Shown in pieces: positions 18,610 through 27,988 of a stretch of DNA of 64,000 nt. Numbering within the stretch: position 1 is the first letter of the stretch; every line of letters starts with the position of its first letter. The DNA comes from a virus: the IMG/VR virus record IMGVR_UViG_3300038701_000531, positions 1,438 through 65,437 of that record. One strand, written 5' to 3'. The position numbers and the translations under genes are program-made. The notes beneath the pieces were generated by a model. The model ran no database searches and was not told where the DNA came from. It saw only the letters and a program-made list of their open reading frames with translations.

Positions 18610-21042
18610 TTAGAAATATCCTATCATAACGTTAGCTTGTCTAGCCCAGAATGGGGAGAAACCTGCTGCTTCCTGATTCCAACCATCATTAGTAGTCCAA
18701 GTCCCTGTATTAACTTCATTATCATAAACCGTTGATTCCCTGTCATCTGATGTACTAGCATAAGCTAACGAAGCATCTGATATAGTTAGGGGTTGTCTAC
18801 CAAAAGGGGTAGAATCTGGGGATACACCTAATGTAAGCCTATTTATAGTTTCTGTATCAGTAGACGTAGCTGTATTTGAATCTACGTGTACACCATTAAC
18901 ATAAAGTTTTCTACTGCTATCACTTTCATGGTATACTGTGTACTTACGCCATTCGTCCTGAGTTCTATCTCCAGAAGAACCAGCATAAACCTCAGTACCT
19001 GAACTAGTGTCACTCCACCTTACTGCTTGACTTCCTGAGAACCAAGTACCAATCACGCCTTGATGGGAGGTAACTCCACCATTACCTATACATATTATAC
19101 GTGTTTCAGAGTTAGTATTTATCTTAGCCCAAGCTGTTAAATAACAAGGATAGGTTCTTGAAGTTGCTAAAGCTACTGCAACATTATCATTGTCTGTACT
19201 GTTATATAGTCTGGCAGAATCAGTTATACCTAACCTGTTAGTTGCTAAAGTTGTACCTGATTGGGTTGGAGTTTGAGTACCAGTTTCATCTGTTAAACCC
19301 TCTACAGAAGCATATTGAGCTACACTATAAACTGCTTCACTACCATAAGTACTGCTTGCTGCTGGTTGCACTGTTTGAGTACTATCTGCAACTAAGTAGA
19401 TAGTTTGTCCAGTTTGGGCTGTGGTTTTAACCCTCATATATACTTCTGGAGAAGCCCCAGTTACAAAAGTAAATATATGTACTGGTAGTCTTACAGCTTT
19501 AGTACTATCTTCATACGCTATAAGATTTCCACCACCATTAGTAAAAGCATTTGCTCCATCTAAAGCTAAAGTTGGAAAATCACCAGCAGTTAACAATACA
19601 GGGAAATCTGAGTGACTACCTGTAATAGTAGGTAATGTGATAGTAGTTGCGTAGTCTCCTCCTGTAGGAGGGGATTCCACTGTATAGAAATTATCAAAAT
19701 TAGTATGGGCGTCTGATAATTCAGCATCAGATAAAACTTTGTCAAATACTAAAATATCTTTGTATATATTATCAGCTTGGTCATTACTAGCGTTTATACC
19801 ACCAACATATAATCCCCCTGCTGGGGGTGTTACCCAAGTACCAAGAGTATTAGTATCTTCATACGTCCCGTTAACACCTAGTTTGATAGTAACGTTAGAA
19901 CCTTGCTTGCTCCAAGAAAAAGCTAATATATAATATTCTTGAGTATTTAACCCTGTGTAAGTAACTCTTTGACTACTATCAACTCTAAAATGTAGATCGG
20001 TATCCGTTTCACTCCAAGATTCCCAATCATTTGATAAATTATTGTTATCAAAAACTGTCCTAAAGTTAGCCAAGGATTGAAACCAAACCTTCATCACAAC
20101 AGTACAATCATCAGAGATTAAACTATTAGTTAGGTATTGCTGAGGATCGGATTTAGAGGTTACTGTACTAATGTACATGTTATCTAATTTAATAGTTCTA
20201 GGCGACCCTTGATAGTGGTTGAATATTAAATCCCCACCATAAGATGTAACTCCCTCCATCTCTATACTAGATAGTATAGGGTCTAACTGTGTTATTAAAT
20301 TCCAATCACTATCATATCTATAAATCTCATTGACACTACCTGATTGATAGTAAGACCCTAAGAACCAATCGCCATCGTGCTGTGTTAAGGACTGAATACC
20401 TACACAGGCATCATTCATAGTTATTACACCAATGAATGCTCCTGTGCTTTTGTTGAATCTGTATATATCTGTATTTCTTTGATCAGACCCAAGTGTATTA
20501 TAAAATGACGTTACATATAATTCTAAACCGTCAGGGCTTAATGCTACAGCAGATCCATTACAATTAGTCTGAGCTGAAATATCAAAATGTGAGTCATAGG
20601 ATAAGTCACTAATTAGATATTTAACTATACACTGATCTGTAGAAGACTGTGTAGGGGAGTCCCAATTAACTACAGGGACATAAAGATAAGTATCATCAAT
20701 AAACCCCGATCCAATATGATCTACACCAGCAGGTAAACTAGTATAAGGACTAGTGTTACTCTCTACCTCAGTACCTGTTAGGTCGTACTTCTTTAGGCTT
20801 GCAGTGTTCATTGCAAACCAATGAGTAGCATTTCTAGCTATACCTTGTTGAGCATTCCAACCAGTTGTACCACTTATTTCATCGGAAACTACTTGGTGCT
20901 TTGTTTGGTTTGCAGTATCAGAACCTCCAGCTAAGGCTACCAATTTAGGTAGCTTCTCATCACCAGATAAAGCTCTAACTATATTTCCATAAAGGGCATG
21001 GGAGGTATTTAAAATCTTACCAGCGCTCATACCAACCTCCAA
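18610..21042 (-). CDS. putative receptor-binding/virion protein (propeller-like N-terminus, LamG/ConA-like and DUF2341-like domains)
   Basis: 'GVNGT..GLYVGG..YKDILVFDKVLSDAE' and 'LYVNGV..LTLG' LamG-like motifs; 'SHSDFPVLL..DSTKAVRLPVHI'. Confidence 0.6.
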   Translation of the reverse strand: MEVGMSAGKILNTSHALYGNIVRALSGDEKLPKLVALAGGSDTANQTKHQVVSDEISGTTGWNAQQGIARNATHWFAMNTASLKKYDLTGTEVESNTSPYTSLPAGVDHIGSGFIDDTYLYVPVVNWDSPTQSSTDQCIVKYLISDLSYDSHFDISAQTNCNGSAVALSPDGLELYVTSFYNTLGSDQRNTDIYRFNKSTGAFIGVITMNDACVGIQSLTQHDGDWFLGSYYQSGSVNEIYRYDSDWNLITQLDPILSSIEMEGVTSYGGDLIFNHYQGSPRTIKLDNMYISTVTSKSDPQQYLTNSLISDDCTVVMKVWFQSLANFRTVFDNNNLSNDWESWSETDTDLHFRVDSSQRVTYTGLNTQEYYILAFSWSKQGSNVTIKLGVNGTYEDTNTLGTWVTPPAGGLYVGGINASNDQADNIYKDILVFDKVLSDAELSDAHTNFDNFYTVESPPTGGDYATTITLPTITGSHSDFPVLLTAGDFPTLALDGANAFTNGGGNLIAYEDSTKAVRLPVHIFTFVTGASPEVYMRVKTTAQTGQTIYLVADSTQTVQPAASSTYGSEAVYSVAQYASVEGLTDETGTQTPTQSGTTLATNRLGITDSARLYNSTDNDNVAVALATSRTYPCYLTAWAKINTNSETRIICIGNGGVTSHQGVIGTWFSGSQAVRWSDTSSGTEVYAGSSGDRTQDEWRKYTVYHESDSSRKLYVNGVHVDSNTATSTDTETINRLTLGVSPDSTPFGRQPLTISDASLAYASTSDDRESTVYDNEVNTGTWTTNDGWNQEAAGFSPFWARQANVMIGYF

Positions 21043-21051
21043 GTATTTGTA

Positions 21052-21423
21052 TTAGTTATATCTCTTATCCCACTCATCAATATTTACTGAGTGCTTAGCG
21101 ATAAAAGCATCATTCTTAGCTTTCATATCTACTAAGTCTTCCATATTAATTATACCAAAAGCCTCTTGAACTTTAGCCATATTCTGTGTCAATATTTGGT
21201 ACAGCACCAAACCCTCTTGGTTCATATATGACATATCATCTGCATCTACCAAGTCTTTACCTCCTAAGAATTGGTCATTCTTCCAAGGAGCATATTGAAC
21301 TAACCTATCAGTCTCTCTAGTAAGGTCTGATGCTAACTTAGCCCAAGCTGTTGATATTTGTTCTTGTTCTTGGTCGTGCTTTCTTCTTCTTCTACTTGCT
21401 ATCATATTTGCCACTTTGTACAC
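21052..21423 (-). CDS. hypothetical protein
   Basis: 123 aa. Confidence 0.65.
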   Translation of the reverse strand: MYKVANMIASRRRRKHDQEQEQISTAWAKLASDLTRETDRLVQYAPWKNDQFLGGKDLVDADDMSYMNQEGLVLYQILTQNMAKVQEAFGIINMEDLVDMKAKNDAFIAKHSVNIDEWDKRYN

Positions 21424-21688
21424 CCCTAATCTTAACTAAGTTTTCTTCTTTTACTCTATCCCACTCTATACTATTTATACAGTGGTCTTCCTCACCAGTT
21501 ATTTTATTAAATATCCAATCTATTACAGGCATAATAGTCTTAGCCCATCTCTTACCTAATAAGAACATTATTCCCGTTCTACCACTAAATGTCTGGTCTG
21601 GGTCTCCACCTGTCACTACATTAAGAGACTGTGTACCCCAAACCAAGATATTCCAGAAATAACTTTTTATTTTATCTCTAGTCCTCAT
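21392..21688 (-). CDS. lysis-region conserved hypothetical protein
   Basis: 'Q.LN...GGDPDQTFSGR.G....W....IDW.F.....HC..SIE' pattern. Confidence 0.6.
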   Translation of the reverse strand: MRTRDKIKSYFWNILVWGTQSLNVVTGGDPDQTFSGRTGIMFLLGKRWAKTIMPVIDWIFNKITGEEDHCINSIEWDRVKEENLVKIRGVQSGKYDSK

Positions 21689-21923
21689 GTTTATCCTTTA
21701 TATTATCTATGCTGAACTTAAATGTACCTAATAAAGCTCCTAGGAAGCCAAATAAAGCTACTAATTCATATTCTGATAGTTTACCTACATGTAACTTATA
21801 AAACTCCCACACTTCAAGCATAAACCACCCTGAGAACACTATAGCGGCTATAGATATAAGCCTATATTGTTTTAATGTTATATGTAGAGGTTGTTGATGT
21901 ATGTGTTCAATTACTTTTTTCAT
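21678..21923 (-). CDS. putative holin
   Basis: 81 aa, two TM segments, charged C-terminus, next to the spanins. Confidence 0.55.
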   Translation of the reverse strand: MKKVIEHIHQQPLHITLKQYRLISIAAIVFSGWFMLEVWEFYKLHVGKLSEYELVALFGFLGALLGTFKFSIDNIKDKHED

Positions 21924-22290
21924 CTTGAGGGCATCTCTCTTCTCTCAGTTCTTTCCTGTAGTAGCAGAGCATCTTTTCTAATTTCCTTGTCCTCAACTCT
22001 TTTTGTTCTTCCCATATTCTAAATAGTTGGGAATCATCTGGAGTAAAACCTAATATAGTTTTAACATTACCCTCCTCATCTACATACTGAACTTCTGTAA
22101 TTCTACCTTTCATAAAAGGAGGAATTGGATCAGGCCAATCTGGATGATGAATAATATCCTCTGTATCTGGGAGGACAAAAGGGTTTTGAACTTCGATAGG
22201 CATTGATGAACAAGCACCTAATGAAATACAAAATAAAAGAGTGAGCCAAGTCCTTTTGGCTCTGGAGGAAAACTTTATTAATCTTTGCAT
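21907..22290 (-). CDS. putative o-spanin (Rz1-like lipoprotein)
   Basis: Lipobox SLGAC, Pro-rich, overlaps the i-spanin 3' end. Confidence 0.65.
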   Translation of the reverse strand: MQRLIKFSSRAKRTWLTLLFCISLGACSSMPIEVQNPFVLPDTEDIIHHPDWPDPIPPFMKGRITEVQYVDEEGNVKTILGFTPDDSQLFRIWEEQKELRTRKLEKMLCYYRKELREERCPQDEKSN

Positions 22291-22700
22291 GAATTCTTAT
22301 CCCCCGAATTACAGCTCACTTCATCAATAAACTTATCAAAAGACCTATTAACTAATTTAGTCATTAACTTTGGATGTTTACTGAAAGCATTCTCTAGTCT
22401 ACCTATGTGAGACTCAAATTCTGACTTCTTTTGATTAAAGTCTGAAGTGAGTTTTGTATTAGCCTCTGAGAGTTCCTGAGCGGCTCTCTGAGCCTCTTTA
22501 ATACGATTGTTGAGGTTTACTATAGCTTCATTAGAACTCTTCAACGCGGCCTCTACAGAGGCTTTCTCAGCCTCCATAAAAACTAAAGCACTCTCTGCTT
22601 TTTCAGCTTTTTGATATAATCCATAGCTAACACCAGATAATGCAAGCACTAATAATATAGCTATAGCTCCTGTCTTAGCTGAGGATAGGAAACCTAACAT
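22278..22700 (-). CDS. putative i-spanin (Rz-like)
   Basis: N-terminal TM, coiled coil, C-terminal Cys pair. Confidence 0.7.
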   Translation of the reverse strand: MLGFLSSAKTGAIAILLVLALSGVSYGLYQKAEKAESALVFMEAEKASVEAALKSSNEAIVNLNNRIKEAQRAAQELSEANTKLTSDFNQKKSEFESHIGRLENAFSKHPKLMTKLVNRSFDKFIDEVSCNSGDKNSCKD

Positions 22701-22716
22701 AATACCTCCTCAGTAT

Positions 22717-23430
22717 TTAGGTTTGAGGTACATTGTCTCCATTGTCCCCATTAACTGCTTCGTTAGTTACTTCAGTTGTGGTAGTTGTTGTATCACCTTG
22801 AGTATTAGTTTCTGAATTGGAACTAGTATTTTCTGAAGAAGATGAACTATTATAGCTCTCATTAGCCGTATCACCGCTAGTAGTATTATAGCTATCATAA
22901 CTATAAGTATCAGAGCTGTTATTAGAGTCCTGAATGCTAGAGTGTTGAGACATGTCATTATTGGAGTCAGTATATGTGTTTGTAGTTGTGACCCCAGACC
23001 CTTTAATTTCTGCCATACCATTGAAGATATCCTTAAACATTGAGTCACTAGATAGTTGTCTTAATGTACCATGCTCATTATTATTCTTAGCAATTTGGAA
23101 TTGGAAGAAAGGACTAGCTAGTTTACCTAAGAAGTCTAAAGTGACTGCATACTTGTCTGATTGAGGAGGTTCTACATTGACATAACGTTGTTTTACATCA
23201 AAGACTACAAGACCACAGTTATTTGTATTTATCTGTTCGTCTGTACACCTAATCTCACCTTTAATCTCAAATAACTTTTTAGGGGCATTTACTACCTTAC
23301 CATACTCAAAACGAGCTTTAGCTATTTCAGCATCATATTTATTTGTGGTGCATCCTGTCATTAGCAACAAGGATACTAGGAATACGCTTATTAATTTTTT
23401 CATTGGTTGCCTTATTTTAATCCTAACCAA
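22717..23430 (-). CDS. lipoprotein with Ser/Asn/Thr low-complexity tail
   Basis: Lipobox LLMTGC; S/N/T/D-rich C-terminal third. Confidence 0.65.
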   Translation of the reverse strand: MVRIKIRQPMKKLISVFLVSLLLMTGCTTNKYDAEIAKARFEYGKVVNAPKKLFEIKGEIRCTDEQINTNNCGLVVFDVKQRYVNVEPPQSDKYAVTLDFLGKLASPFFQFQIAKNNNEHGTLRQLSSDSMFKDIFNGMAEIKGSGVTTTNTYTDSNNDMSQHSSIQDSNNSSDTYSYDSYNTTSGDTANESYNSSSSSENTSSNSETNTQGDTTTTTTEVTNEAVNGDNGDNVPQT

Positions 23431-23804
23431 ATTAAGACACCAGCAGTGATAACTGAGCCTATAATACCAAAGAAAATCTTACGTGCATCACCAATACTCC
23501 TGTCATTAAGAGCTTGTTTAGTGGTCACATCACTCATCTTAACTTTAATATCTTTTTGTTCTTTAGTTATTTCTGCTAGTGTTAGTTGGAAGGATGCTTG
23601 TTTTTCTAATAGATAATTATGATTCTGCTCTACATAGTCCTTGAGAGCATCATCTCTAATTTTAGAGTTACTTACTGCAATTGCTAGTTCATGAGTGGCA
23701 TCTGCTAATTTATCTAGCGTAGTTGTAACACCATCTTTGAAAGAGCTAATTTCACTTTTTACTCCAGCAATATCTTTTTCTATCTGATCTATTTTTTCCT
23801 GCAT
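23412..23804 (-). CDS. coiled-coil protein with C-terminal TM (holin/XhlA-like)
   Basis: Heptads then IFFGIIGSVITAGVLIWLG. Confidence 0.55.
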   Translation of the reverse strand: MQEKIDQIEKDIAGVKSEISSFKDGVTTTLDKLADATHELAIAVSNSKIRDDALKDYVEQNHNYLLEKQASFQLTLAEITKEQKDIKVKMSDVTTKQALNDRSIGDARKIFFGIIGSVITAGVLIWLGLK

Positions 23805-23860
23805 ACCTAAACTTTTTTATTTTTAAATGATAGTATACTACTGCTAGAGTAGCTCCCAAA

Positions 23861-24277
23861 CTACCCATTAGTAGGGCTGTTATTATTGTTATTATCAAAA
23901 ACTGCATATGTAAATATTAATACCTCGCTCACGTTTAGTATTAATGCAACACTATTTAAATCTATATTAGACAATATACTAAAAGCACCTGAGAGATATT
24001 GTATTATAAAGAAGCAATATAAAAAGGCATAAGTTGTGTAAACACCTTCTTTCTTATTCTTTACTGTCAAATACAGCACTACCAACACAGTTAATTGATG
24101 TCTAATGCCCTCTGAGATATAGTATTCTAAACCCCAAAAGTTAATATCATTATAGTATAGCCACCAATTACTGATAACTATTAAAATAGCGAGAGTACCA
24201 GTGTCCTTCTTGGCATCTAGGAGAAATATTAATGTTATATTCATATAAATAAAAATTATAATATCAAATGTAAGCAT
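23861..24277 (-). CDS. multi-pass membrane protein
   Basis: About four hydrophobic segments. Confidence 0.6.
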   Translation of the reverse strand: MLTFDIIIFIYMNITLIFLLDAKKDTGTLAILIVISNWWLYYNDINFWGLEYYISEGIRHQLTVLVVLYLTVKNKKEGVYTTYAFLYCFFIIQYLSGAFSILSNIDLNSVALILNVSEVLIFTYAVFDNNNNNSPTNG

Positions 24278-24305
24278 TAATATTTCTCCTTAGTTTTATT
24301 ATTTA

Positions 24306-24368
24306 CTACTTACTTTTACGTCCAGTTCCAGTAGGTTTCTTACCGTTCTTACCTTTTGAAGCTCCCAT
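24306..24368 (-). CDS. 20-aa Lys/Gly-rich peptide (absent from the ORF track)
   Basis: MGASKGKNGKKPTGTGRKSK*; RBS AGGAG; double stop TAG TAA. Confidence 0.5.
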   Translation of the reverse strand: MGASKGKNGKKPTGTGRKSK

Positions 24369-24385
24369 TTAAATCTCCTGTTGTT

Positions 24386-26923
24386 TTATTGTGTTGGGTT
24401 TGCTATGTTAAACCAATAATGAGTTACCCCTGTATCATTGGTAAATGAGTTGTGACTTGGTATTCTGATTTTAGTTCCGTCAATATCTATACCAGATATA
24501 TAGGCTGAAGTAGGGGAAACAACCTGAAAAGTCTTAGAGCTAGTACCAGTTTTATAGGTGTTCACTACTCCTAGACCATTATTGAAATTTCTACACATAA
24601 AAAGGCCAAGTCTATTTTCTATATCTACTAATTGACCATCCAATCCAGAAGCTGTGTAACTACCAGCAGTTATACCTACAGCAGGGTCGTCAGCAAAAAC
24701 ATAACCTACATACTCTGTGCCATCCTTATTCATATCAAAGTTACCGCCTATACTACCTACACTAATTTCCGTAGAAGTTGGAGCTGTACCTGCAAAAATA
24801 GATCCTACTGTAACGGTAGAAGTATAAGTCATTACTGAGTCTGCTGGCATACCCTTAAACCACATTTGAGCATTATTAGGGGCACCTACATCAACACCTT
24901 GTACTATAAGTAAAGCTACTTCTTTTCCTAAACTATGGGGGATTTCCTGTCTTGCTGTACCATCCCCTGTCCAAGTGATAACATCCATAAAACCTAGAGA
25001 TTCTTTTATACAAGTGGCTAGGTATTTACCACCGCTACCATTCCAAGATGTAGAGCTAGCTGCCGTCATAGAAAAGCTATTATTAGTAAGAGTAAAGTCA
25101 CCTAAGGCTGCAAAACCACTACTACCAGAAAGCCAAGTTTTAAAACCTTTTACTCCTAACTGTGATATAGCTGCTGCATCATGTACTTTACTATAATAGT
25201 TCATATGAAGAGAATTAACTAAATCCCAGTGTAGTATAAGACCTTCATTATTTAATAGATCAACTCCTGTAAGTACATCGTTATTACTTAAGTTGCCTGT
25301 ATAATTAGTCACAGAGAACTTAGTGTCTAAATCGGGTATAACACCTTGTTTCTTAGTTAAACCTTTAGTAGATTTAACAGTAAGACAAAAGTACCTGCCA
25401 GTGCCTCCTGAGGAGTTAGTGGATGTTGAATTTCCTAAGAATATCGAGTTTTTATTTACATTATAATATAGGTCTGGGTCAGTTCCTGATACTGAGGAAG
25501 CCCATCTTCTACTTCTACTAGCCCCTGCCTTCTCATCGAAGATAGCTGTAGTTGCCTGTGAAGCCCCTCTAATTAAAGAAAAACCTACGTTATAAGGTAA
25601 CACTAATTCATCTGCTAAGGTATCAGTAGATTGGTATTCTATAACTGACACACCATTTTCAGGAGCGTCTGCAAAGATGATACCCATGTATTCAATACCA
25701 TCTTCATTTAAGTTATTTGCTCCAGCATCAAAACCTACTGTTACCTCAACATTATTGGGGAGAGTACTAGCCCAGATAGAAACATTCTCCGTAAGAACGC
25801 TATTAGATATGTACTCAGTCCCTGACATACCTTTAAACCAGTAAACCTCTCTCTGAGCTGCTCCAGTGTTAACTTTAGGAAAGAATAACATTGCTGCTAC
25901 ATTCTTTTTGCAATTATGAGGTAGTTGTCTCTGTAGTGTACCATCTCCTGTCCACTCTATAACATCACAGAAACCTTCTTTAGATCTAAAAGTATTAACT
26001 GTCATAGCTTCTAATGAGTGGTTAAATCTGTCTTGAGCAGGTAAGAGTACATCCTGTTCTAAAGTGAAGCCTGTAGCCCCAAAAGCAGTTACTCCTAAAC
26101 TACGTATAGACCCTGTATTAACACCCATACGTCTAAACTTGTTGATACCCATGAAAGGACTGATAGCCTCTTCCCAAGCATTAATACCTGTTATACACTT
26201 TATAAAAGATATAGATTTATTATCTGAGATATCAAAACCTACATCAATATCTATTTCTGTACCATTACCTGAGAACACTTGAGAATTATAACAAGTAGTT
26301 ATATCAAAATCTTGTGCTATACCTGTCCCACCTAAACCATCATTATAAAGGTCTACAAGGAATAAAGCAGACGAATCACCAACATCACCAAAGATAGCTT
26401 TGGCTTCTTGAGATGTGTCACCTAAATCCTGACCTATCCAACCTCCACCTTCTTTATCATGAAGTAACCCAATATTACAAGTTGCTATAGAGGATGCTTG
26501 AAAATAATCAACAAAGTTATCTGGTATATTCAACCCATCAAAAGACATCATATAACTAACAGGATAGTGCTCAAAGATATTTACATCAGTAGATAAAGTA
26601 ACTTCTTTTAAAGACGCCATTAATTCCTCTGGAGTTCCGTGGGAATTATTAACATTTATCTTAAATTGAATAGCAATTCTGAAATCATCATCAGACTTAC
26701 CTTTCCTTGCTTCACCTACTATAGCCCCTATCACATCTAATTGGTAGCCTATAGCGGTATCTAAGCTCCTATCACCTATTAAGTCGAAGAAAGTGTTCTC
26801 TAAGTCATTAGTTTGTTTAGTGTAGGCTGCTAGAGTACCTTCTATATTAGGTTTACCCTTAAATTGGTCTAAGAGTCTTTCCTGACCTTGTTCTATTTGG
26901 TCTATCTTTATTGGCTTTGCCAT
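24386..26923 (-). CDS. baseplate wedge (DUF2612-like N-terminus) fused to a duplicated tail-fibre module
   Basis: 'LDTAIGYQLDVIGAIVG..R...DDDFR' then two 'DVIxWTGDGT' modules. Confidence 0.7.
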   Translation of the reverse strand: MAKPIKIDQIEQGQERLLDQFKGKPNIEGTLAAYTKQTNDLENTFFDLIGDRSLDTAIGYQLDVIGAIVGEARKGKSDDDFRIAIQFKINVNNSHGTPEELMASLKEVTLSTDVNIFEHYPVSYMMSFDGLNIPDNFVDYFQASSIATCNIGLLHDKEGGGWIGQDLGDTSQEAKAIFGDVGDSSALFLVDLYNDGLGGTGIAQDFDITTCYNSQVFSGNGTEIDIDVGFDISDNKSISFIKCITGINAWEEAISPFMGINKFRRMGVNTGSIRSLGVTAFGATGFTLEQDVLLPAQDRFNHSLEAMTVNTFRSKEGFCDVIEWTGDGTLQRQLPHNCKKNVAAMLFFPKVNTGAAQREVYWFKGMSGTEYISNSVLTENVSIWASTLPNNVEVTVGFDAGANNLNEDGIEYMGIIFADAPENGVSVIEYQSTDTLADELVLPYNVGFSLIRGASQATTAIFDEKAGASRSRRWASSVSGTDPDLYYNVNKNSIFLGNSTSTNSSGGTGRYFCLTVKSTKGLTKKQGVIPDLDTKFSVTNYTGNLSNNDVLTGVDLLNNEGLILHWDLVNSLHMNYYSKVHDAAAISQLGVKGFKTWLSGSSGFAALGDFTLTNNSFSMTAASSTSWNGSGGKYLATCIKESLGFMDVITWTGDGTARQEIPHSLGKEVALLIVQGVDVGAPNNAQMWFKGMPADSVMTYTSTVTVGSIFAGTAPTSTEISVGSIGGNFDMNKDGTEYVGYVFADDPAVGITAGSYTASGLDGQLVDIENRLGLFMCRNFNNGLGVVNTYKTGTSSKTFQVVSPTSAYISGIDIDGTKIRIPSHNSFTNDTGVTHYWFNIANPTQ

Positions 26924-26934
26924 TTAGCCTCCTA

Positions 26935-27447
26935 TCACTCTTGGAACCAAATAGCTTCCATTGCCTGACCAGCCAACCTAAGAGCTTGTTTCAATTGTGG
27001 TCTAGTGACATTAGCCACTGTATTATCAGCTAAAGCCCATTTAACAGTTTCAATATCATCTATTGCAGCATTAATTGCTGTATTCATTCTTTGTTGTGAT
27101 TTCTCATCACCATCAAATTCCATAGAGTCTACAGTAACTTTAATATTATCCACTTGAGCTGACCTACTAGCTTTGAAAGATTCTCTAAAATAAGTAGTAA
27201 GTTCCTCAGCTATATTACCCTCTATAGGCTGATCAAACATTGGAATACTTTGGTCTGTTCTTAACCAAACTCTATAAGCATCAAACCATTGCCACATTTT
27301 AGTTATGTAATGTTGATTTACTGCTGTTAGAAAATTATTACTATCTAAGGTAATATCTGCTACAGCATTATGAAACTTATAGTCATTAGGTCTATCAGTT
27401 ATTGTAGTATGAGTTTCATCTGTATAAAACATGTCTAGTTCAAACAT
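26935..27447 (-). CDS. tail-fibre assembly-like protein (DUF4376-like)
   Basis: 'V.V..MEFDGDEKSQQRM..A....WALADN' pattern. Confidence 0.7.
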   Translation of the reverse strand: MFELDMFYTDETHTTITDRPNDYKFHNAVADITLDSNNFLTAVNQHYITKMWQWFDAYRVWLRTDQSIPMFDQPIEGNIAEELTTYFRESFKASRSAQVDNIKVTVDSMEFDGDEKSQQRMNTAINAAIDDIETVKWALADNTVANVTRPQLKQALRLAGQAMEAIWFQE

Positions 27448-27449
27448 AA

Positions 27450-27986
27450 TTAAACTCCTGCACTTATTTCACAAGACCACTCAGTACCCGTACCAGATGG
27501 TAAACTCTCTATCATAAAAGTAGCTATTCTTCCAGCAGGTATTGTACCAGTAAAGCCTACTCTAGTTGCTCCAGAGTTTAAAGTGACTGATGTTGAGTTA
27601 GTTGTTCTTACTTTGATAGTAGACCCTATCTGTTCATTACCACCCCCAACACTAATAACATTTTCCAGTGTTATTGTACTGCCTGTCATAATAACATAAG
27701 TATTAGATTGGTCTCTGGTTAAGGTTGGATCAGTAGAGGTTACTACTGTCTTTTTACCTACATCGTCTTTGAAAGTATTTAATGTATCTACTTCAACATC
27801 AAAATACTCTACCCACTGGTTATTTAACCAGAGGGCATCATTGATATATTGTCTTGGTGTAGGTTCCTCACCTAACTGCCCATCATCTTTCCATTGTGCT
27901 GTAGGCTCTACCCTGTTATCTAGACCTGTAACACCATCTGTAACAATGTTATTAGCCCATTCAGGATACCTAGTTGGTTTTGCCAT
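27450..27986 (-). CDS. tail fibre/collar protein
   Basis: 'P..YPEWA...GQ....P.RQYIN' N-terminal fibre-attachment motif. Confidence 0.6.
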   Translation of the reverse strand: MAKPTRYPEWANNIVTDGVTGLDNRVEPTAQWKDDGQLGEEPTPRQYINDALWLNNQWVEYFDVEVDTLNTFKDDVGKKTVVTSTDPTLTRDQSNTYVIMTGSTITLENVISVGGGNEQIGSTIKVRTTNSTSVTLNSGATRVGFTGTIPAGRIATFMIESLPSGTGTEWSCEISAGV

Positions 27987-27988
27987 TA

